Assembly: GCA_044225365.1 (NCBI GenBank)
Contig: JBGAIQ010000032.1
Span: 1-59,403 of the forward strand
DNA: 59,403 nucleotides
Direction of reading: 5' to 3'
Origin: Planctomycetota bacterium
Lineage (GTDB): Bacteria; Planctomycetota; B15-G4; JADJEK01
Part shown: positions 55,220 through 59,403 of the stretch, in pieces
Numbering within the stretch: position 1 is the first letter of the stretch
Layout of the letters: each line of letters opens with the position of its first letter
Translations under genes and position numbers: made by a program
The notes under the pieces: model-generated
The model's database searches: none
What the model was told of the DNA's origin: nothing
The model's input: only the letters and a program-made list of their open reading frames with translations

Positions 55220-56230
55220 ATGCTCTTCCGCCTCGGCCTCCCGCTCGTCGGCGTCGTCTTCGCCCTTCACTTCGCCCACGCGCTCCCGTTCGACGAACCG
55301 AAGCCGCAGGAGCCCGCGAAGAAGGAAGACGCCGCGAACAAGCCGACCGAGTTCATGCGCTTCGTGAAGAACCCGGACGGCTCGGCCACGCTCGAAACGG
55401 CGATCGTCCGCTACAAGGACAAGGACGGGAACATCGTCGACCTCATCGGCGCCGTTCACGTCGCGGACCCGCCCTACTACGCGACGCTCAACAAGGTGTT
55501 TCGCAGCTACGACGCCCTGCTCTACGAGATGGTGAAGCCGAAGGGCATGGAGATGCCGAGCAAGCACGAAGAACTCGGTAGCGAGGACGACAAGGCGAAG
55601 AAGACCGACGGCAAGGCCAAGGTCGAGAAGGACGGCAAGGAACCCGATCCCGCGGAGTCGACCCGCCGCAGCGGATCCTGGGTGGGACAGTTCCAACGCC
55701 TGTTGAAGGACGTGCTCAATCTGCAGTTCCAGCTCGACGGGATCGACTACGGCGCGAAGAACTTCGTCCACGCCGATCTCGATGCCGAGACATTTGCGAA
55801 GAAGCAGGAAGAGCGCGGCGAGAGCATCCTGCTGCTCATGCTGAAAGCGTCGCTCGATCAGGCGAGCAAGGCCGGCGCCAATCTCGACACCGCGAAGGAC
55901 AGCATGACGCAGCAGATCCAGCTCATGATGTCGCTGTTCTCGAAGGACCGCTCGAAAGCACTGAAGCGCATCCTCGGCGAGCAGTTCGGCGACCTCGAGA
56001 AAGTCTCGGCGGGCTTCGAGAAGGGTCCGCGCGGCGAGGAGTCCGTGCTCGTGATCGAGCGCAACAAGGCCTGCCTCTCCGTGCTCAAGGAAGAGCTCGC
56101 GAAGGGCAAGAAGCGCATCGGCATCTTCTACGGCGCCGCGCACTTCCCGGACATGGAACGACGGCTCATCAGCGAGTTCGGGTTCCAGAAGACGAGCCAG
56201 GACTGGATGGTCGCCTGGAGCATCGAGTGA
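55220..56230 (+). CDS. Exported hypothetical protein (TraB/GumN-like motifs)
   Basis: Signal peptide, VDLIGAVHVAD..YY, LLYE, FVHAD, LVIERN, IFYGAAH. Confidence 0.78.
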   Translation: MLFRLGLPLVGVVFALHFAHALPFDEPKPQEPAKKEDAANKPTEFMRFVKNPDGSATLETAIVRYKDKDGNIVDLIGAVHVADPPYYATLNKVFRSYDALLYEMVKPKGMEMPSKHEELGSEDDKAKKTDGKAKVEKDGKEPDPAESTRRSGSWVGQFQRLLKDVLNLQFQLDGIDYGAKNFVHADLDAETFAKKQEERGESILLLMLKASLDQASKAGANLDTAKDSMTQQIQLMMSLFSKDRSKALKRILGEQFGDLEKVSAGFEKGPRGEESVLVIERNKACLSVLKEELAKGKKRIGIFYGAAHFPDMERRLISEFGFQKTSQDWMVAWSIE

Positions 56231-56254
56231 TGGCGTTCGATCGATGAAGCGTCC

Positions 56255-57232
56255 GTGGAGCGTCTGCCGGTGAATTCCGTTTCTTACGACCCTTCCGCGA
56301 AGCTCCGCACTCTCCGCCGGCTCGCCTACGCGACGACCGTCGCCGTCTTCATCACGGTCGCTGCCGGTAGCTTCGTGCGCGCCGCCGGCGCGGGGCTCGG
56401 CTGTCACTCGTGGCCGAAGTGCTTCGAGTGGAGTTGGTTCCCGCCGACCTCGGTCGATCAGATCCCAGAGGCGGAGCGGGCGAGCATCTCGATCCCGAAG
56501 GCGTGGATCGAGTACCTCAATCGACTGGTCGGCGTCGCCCTCGGTATCCTCACCGTCGCGACGTGGATCACGGCGTATCGAGTCGCGCGGAAGCGGACCG
56601 ACATCTTCCCGGCGCTCGGGTGGGCGCTCTTCCTCGTCCTCGCCGAAGGCGCGCTCGGCGGCGCCGTCGTGCGCTTGAAGCTCGATCCGAGGATCGTGTC
56701 GGTGCACCTGTTCGGCGGACTCGCTCTCGCGTTGATCATGGTCGCGGTCACGATGAACGCGGCGCGCAGCGAGCCGTTCGTGGACCAGCCGGCAGGATGG
56801 TCGACGGCGCGCACGCGATTTCATCGCTTCACGTGGGCGCTCCTCTCGATCGTGATCGGCAACGAGATCGTCGGCGCGCTCGTGCGCGGCACGATCGAGA
56901 AGGACGTGCAGCCGCGGACGGACCTCGTGCGCAGTCAATGGATCGAGCAGCTCGGGTTCGTGTACATCGCGCACCGCGAGCTCGCGCTCGTGACGTTGAT
57001 CCTCGTCATCCTCGGCGTGTTCCTCGCGGTGAAGCTGAAGGAAGAAGGCAGTGAGCGCGTCGTGAAGGCCGCGGCGTTGTCGAGTCTTCTCGCGTTCTCA
57101 CAGATCTTCGCCGGCATCGCGCTCGCCTATCGCGCCCTGCCACCCGCAGCGCAAGTGATCCACGTCACGTGCGGGATCCTGCTCGTCGGCTGCTTGTTCC
57201 GTCAGGCGATCGTCACGCGACGACTCGCGTGA
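56255..57232 (+). CDS. ctaA: Heme A synthase (COX15/CtaA family)
   Basis: VRAAGAGLGCHSWPKC, WIEYLNRLVG, conserved His residues (VHL, AHR, IHV), about 8 TM helices. Confidence 0.85.
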   Translation: MERLPVNSVSYDPSAKLRTLRRLAYATTVAVFITVAAGSFVRAAGAGLGCHSWPKCFEWSWFPPTSVDQIPEAERASISIPKAWIEYLNRLVGVALGILTVATWITAYRVARKRTDIFPALGWALFLVLAEGALGGAVVRLKLDPRIVSVHLFGGLALALIMVAVTMNAARSEPFVDQPAGWSTARTRFHRFTWALLSIVIGNEIVGALVRGTIEKDVQPRTDLVRSQWIEQLGFVYIAHRELALVTLILVILGVFLAVKLKEEGSERVVKAAALSSLLAFSQIFAGIALAYRALPPAAQVIHVTCGILLVGCLFRQAIVTRRLA

Positions 57233-57235
57233 CGA

Positions 57236-57790
57236 TCAGGTTCGCTTCAAGATCGCGCGCTGCACGCTCTGCAGCGCATAGCTGCGCAGCGGCGGCGACA
57301 CGGCGCCCGACTGCGACGACCGTTGCGCGATCGTTCCGAACGCGACGATCTCGTAGAGAAGGACATCGCCACTGAGGGTCATCCGCGCGTCGTAGCGGCT
57401 CGCACCGATCTCGTACTGCGCGAACAAGGTGTCGCCGACGAGGCGCGTCTCGAACGTCACGCCGTCCTTCTGATCGTTCACGAACTTGTTCAGCGCGCCG
57501 TCGATTGGAGCGAGTTCCCAGTCGTGGGCCGGCGTGGACTCGTCGGAGGTCAGCTTGAACGATCGCACTCCACCCTCGGCACCCTCGAGGATCTCGATCG
57601 CGAGCGGCGACGTGGCGACGATCTTGCCGTCGTCGGAGTAGACCTCGAGCTTGCCGCGAAACGTGCCCGTCCACGCCGCCGGCAGACTCGCGCGCGCAAC
57701 TTTGGTTTCGTCGTCGTCGCGCACCTTTCCGGATGCGAGCCAGGCGAACGCGGACGCGACGAGGAAGAAGGTGAGGATGATCGTTCGCAT
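57236..57790 (-). CDS. Hypothetical exported protein
   Basis: Signal MRTIILTFFLVASAFA, LPAAWTGTFRGKLEV, host-like codon usage. Confidence 0.72.
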   Translation of the reverse strand: MRTIILTFFLVASAFAWLASGKVRDDDETKVARASLPAAWTGTFRGKLEVYSDDGKIVATSPLAIEILEGAEGGVRSFKLTSDESTPAHDWELAPIDGALNKFVNDQKDGVTFETRLVGDTLFAQYEIGASRYDARMTLSGDVLLYEIVAFGTIAQRSSQSGAVSPPLRSYALQSVQRAILKRT

Positions 57791-57882
57791 GGTGCATCTC
57801 CGAGCTTTCGCGCGGGAACGGACGCGGGTGAGCGTAATATGCGAGACCACGTCGCATGCCTACGAAGACCGCTCGCACCGCC

Positions 57883-58365
57883 ATGAACCTGCTCGCTCCT
57901 CGCCTTGCGATCCTCGCAGTTCTCTCCTGCTTCGCCGGCTGCTCCGATGCGAAGAAGGACGAGATCGCGACGCTTCTCGGTCGCGCGACGACGCTCGAAC
58001 AGGGCGGACAGTTCTACGACGCGATCCAAGTCTACAAGGATGTCGTCGCCCGCGAACTCGCGCCGTCGCAACGCGCGCACGTGCGATTCGATCTCGCCCG
58101 CTGTCAGATCGCAGGCAACGACCTGAACGGCGCGATCGCGACGCTCGAAGACCTCACCGCCGAGGACGTGAAGGAGACGCAGCTCGACATCGGCGAGCTC
58201 TACCTCTCGCTCGGCGACAAGTACTTCGACAAGGGCGACAAGAAGAAGGCGCAGATCGCGTGGCAGATGGGTCGCGGCGTCTCGCCGGCCCGGGTCGTCA
58301 CGTTCAACAAACGCATCGAACAACTCATCCCGGCGGCGCCGGAGAAATCCGACGACAAGAAGTAG
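57883..58365 (+). CDS. TPR lipoprotein
   Basis: Lipobox FAGC. TPR-like segments GQFYDAIQVYK, LARCQIAGNDLNGAI, LGDKYFDKGDKKKA. Confidence 0.8.
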   Translation: MNLLAPRLAILAVLSCFAGCSDAKKDEIATLLGRATTLEQGGQFYDAIQVYKDVVARELAPSQRAHVRFDLARCQIAGNDLNGAIATLEDLTAEDVKETQLDIGELYLSLGDKYFDKGDKKKAQIAWQMGRGVSPARVVTFNKRIEQLIPAAPEKSDDKK

Positions 58366-58384
58366 CACGGAAGGCAGAGCAAGA

Positions 58385-59179
58385 ATGGATCTCGGGATCG
58401 AGGACAAGATCGCGGTCGTCACGGGTGGCTCGCGTGGAATCGGCTATGCGGCCGCCGAAGCGCTCGTTCGCGAGGGCGCGAAGGTCGCGATCGGCGCACG
58501 CAGCGTGGAAGCGCTCGACGTCGCGAGCTCCAAGCTGCGAAAGGTGAAGAAGGGCGCGAGCGTGCTCGCGCTGCCGCTCGATGTCAACGATCCGAGTTCG
58601 GTCGAGACCTTCGCAGGACGAGTGCGCGACAAGCTCGGCGATCCATCGATCCTGGTCTCCAACGCGGGCGGACCGCAAGCGGGCAGCTTCGACGAGGTCG
58701 ATCCCGCGCTCTATCCGAAAGCGCTCGAGCAATGCCTCTACTTCGCAGTGCGCCTGTTCCACGAATTCTTGCCCTCGATGCGCAAGAATGGATTCGGTCG
58801 CATCGTGCACGTGGCGTCCGTCTCCGCGCGGCAACCGATCGACTCGCTCGTGCTCTCGAACACCGGCCGCGCCGCCGTCCTGGCGTTCGCGAAGTCCGTC
58901 GCGAATCAGGTGGGCAAGGACGGCGTCAACGTGAACGTCGTGCTCCCGGGGTATACCAAGACGGAGCGCCTCGTCGAACTCGCCGACCTCGCCGCGCAGC
59001 GGGCCGGAAAGAGCGCCGAAGAGATCCTCGAGGGTTTCGCAGCGCAAACGCCGCAGAAGCGCCTCGGCGAGGCGCGGGAGATCGGCGACGTAATCGCGTT
59101 CCTGTGCTCGGAGCGCTCGAGCTTCGTCACCGGCACCGCGATCGCCGTCGACGGTGGGTTCGTTCGCGGAATTCCCTGA
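58385..59179 (+). CDS. Short-chain dehydrogenase/reductase (atypical active site SNTGR)
   Basis: TGGSRGIG, LVSNAGGP, GRIV, NVVLPG, VDGG. Confidence 0.93.
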   Translation: MDLGIEDKIAVVTGGSRGIGYAAAEALVREGAKVAIGARSVEALDVASSKLRKVKKGASVLALPLDVNDPSSVETFAGRVRDKLGDPSILVSNAGGPQAGSFDEVDPALYPKALEQCLYFAVRLFHEFLPSMRKNGFGRIVHVASVSARQPIDSLVLSNTGRAAVLAFAKSVANQVGKDGVNVNVVLPGYTKTERLVELADLAAQRAGKSAEEILEGFAAQTPQKRLGEAREIGDVIAFLCSERSSFVTGTAIAVDGGFVRGIP

Positions 59180-59199
59180 TCGCGGGGATCGGGTGGGAC

Positions 59200-59260
59200 G
59201 GACCGCCGGGCTCCGCCCGGCATCTTGGGTTACTTAGGCCACGCTGGAGCGTGGCGGTCC
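59200..59260. repeat. REP/BIME-like cluster 5, next to the intron insertion point
   Basis: GGACCGCCGGGCTCCGCCCGGCAT plus inverted GCCACGCTGGAGCGTGGCGGTCC. Confidence 0.88.
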
Positions 59261-59263
59261 AGT

Positions 59264-59403
59264 ATCGACATAGGTAGGCCCTCACGGGCTGTCCCTGTCA
59301 CACCACCGTGCGTACGGGTCCGTACACGGCGGTTCGGTGGTTTAGCGGTGGCGCGGGGGAGCGAGACGCGGGAGGCCGAGATTCGTGAAGTATTTGACGG
59401 ACA
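59264..59403 (-). mobile_element. 3' end of a group II intron (class IIC-like), partial
   Basis: The minus strand reads GAACCGCCGTGTACGGACCCGTACGCACGGTGGTGTG (short domain V), then domain VI ..GGGACAGCCCGTGAGGGCCTACCTATGTCGAT, ending in AT. Confidence 0.9.
59342..59401 (-). CDS. C-terminal fragment of the intron-encoded reverse transcriptase/maturase (partial)
   Basis: ..SVKYFTNLGLPRLAPPRHR* matches the YFxxLGLPxL tail of class C maturases. The stop lies just before domain V. Confidence 0.7.
   Translation of the reverse strand, partial: SVKYFTNLGLPRLAPPRHR

Overview
High-GC bacterial chromosome segment. The gene content (DUF1080, HEAT/TPR and many exported proteins, a bacterial histone, REP clusters) suggests a Planctomycetota-like organism; this is inference, not a database result. 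About 43 CDS are supported, mostly housekeeping or accessory. They include an RND efflux pair, an MCP, a two-component system, an Fe3+-type ABC operon with an embedded rhodanese, a GGDEF protein, purM, xth, ctaA, an SDR and a DUF4160/DUF2442 pair. No rRNA, tRNA or CRISPR array was seen. Main points: (1) a stand-alone 68-aa histone-fold gene with a Lys/Gly-rich N-terminal tail and its own promoter (30721-30927). (2) A likely selenocysteine BCP peroxiredoxin (TPG-UGA-TLEGC plus a SECIS-like hairpin) that the ORF track truncates; it is fused in frame to an exported domain and ends in a MinD-like membrane helix (46301-48028). (3) A REP family with covarying stems at five convergent junctions, one of them hit by a class IIC group II intron at the right edge. 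(4) A structured ~80-nt direct repeat bracketing a lower-GC gene at the left edge. (5) A PPDK-like pseudoenzyme lacking the phospho-His. (6) Tandem exported paralogues with matching sigma54-type promoters and a candidate C-terminal sorting domain. (7) A 277-bp duplication of a gene 3' end. All family names come from motif recognition by eye; no searches were run.
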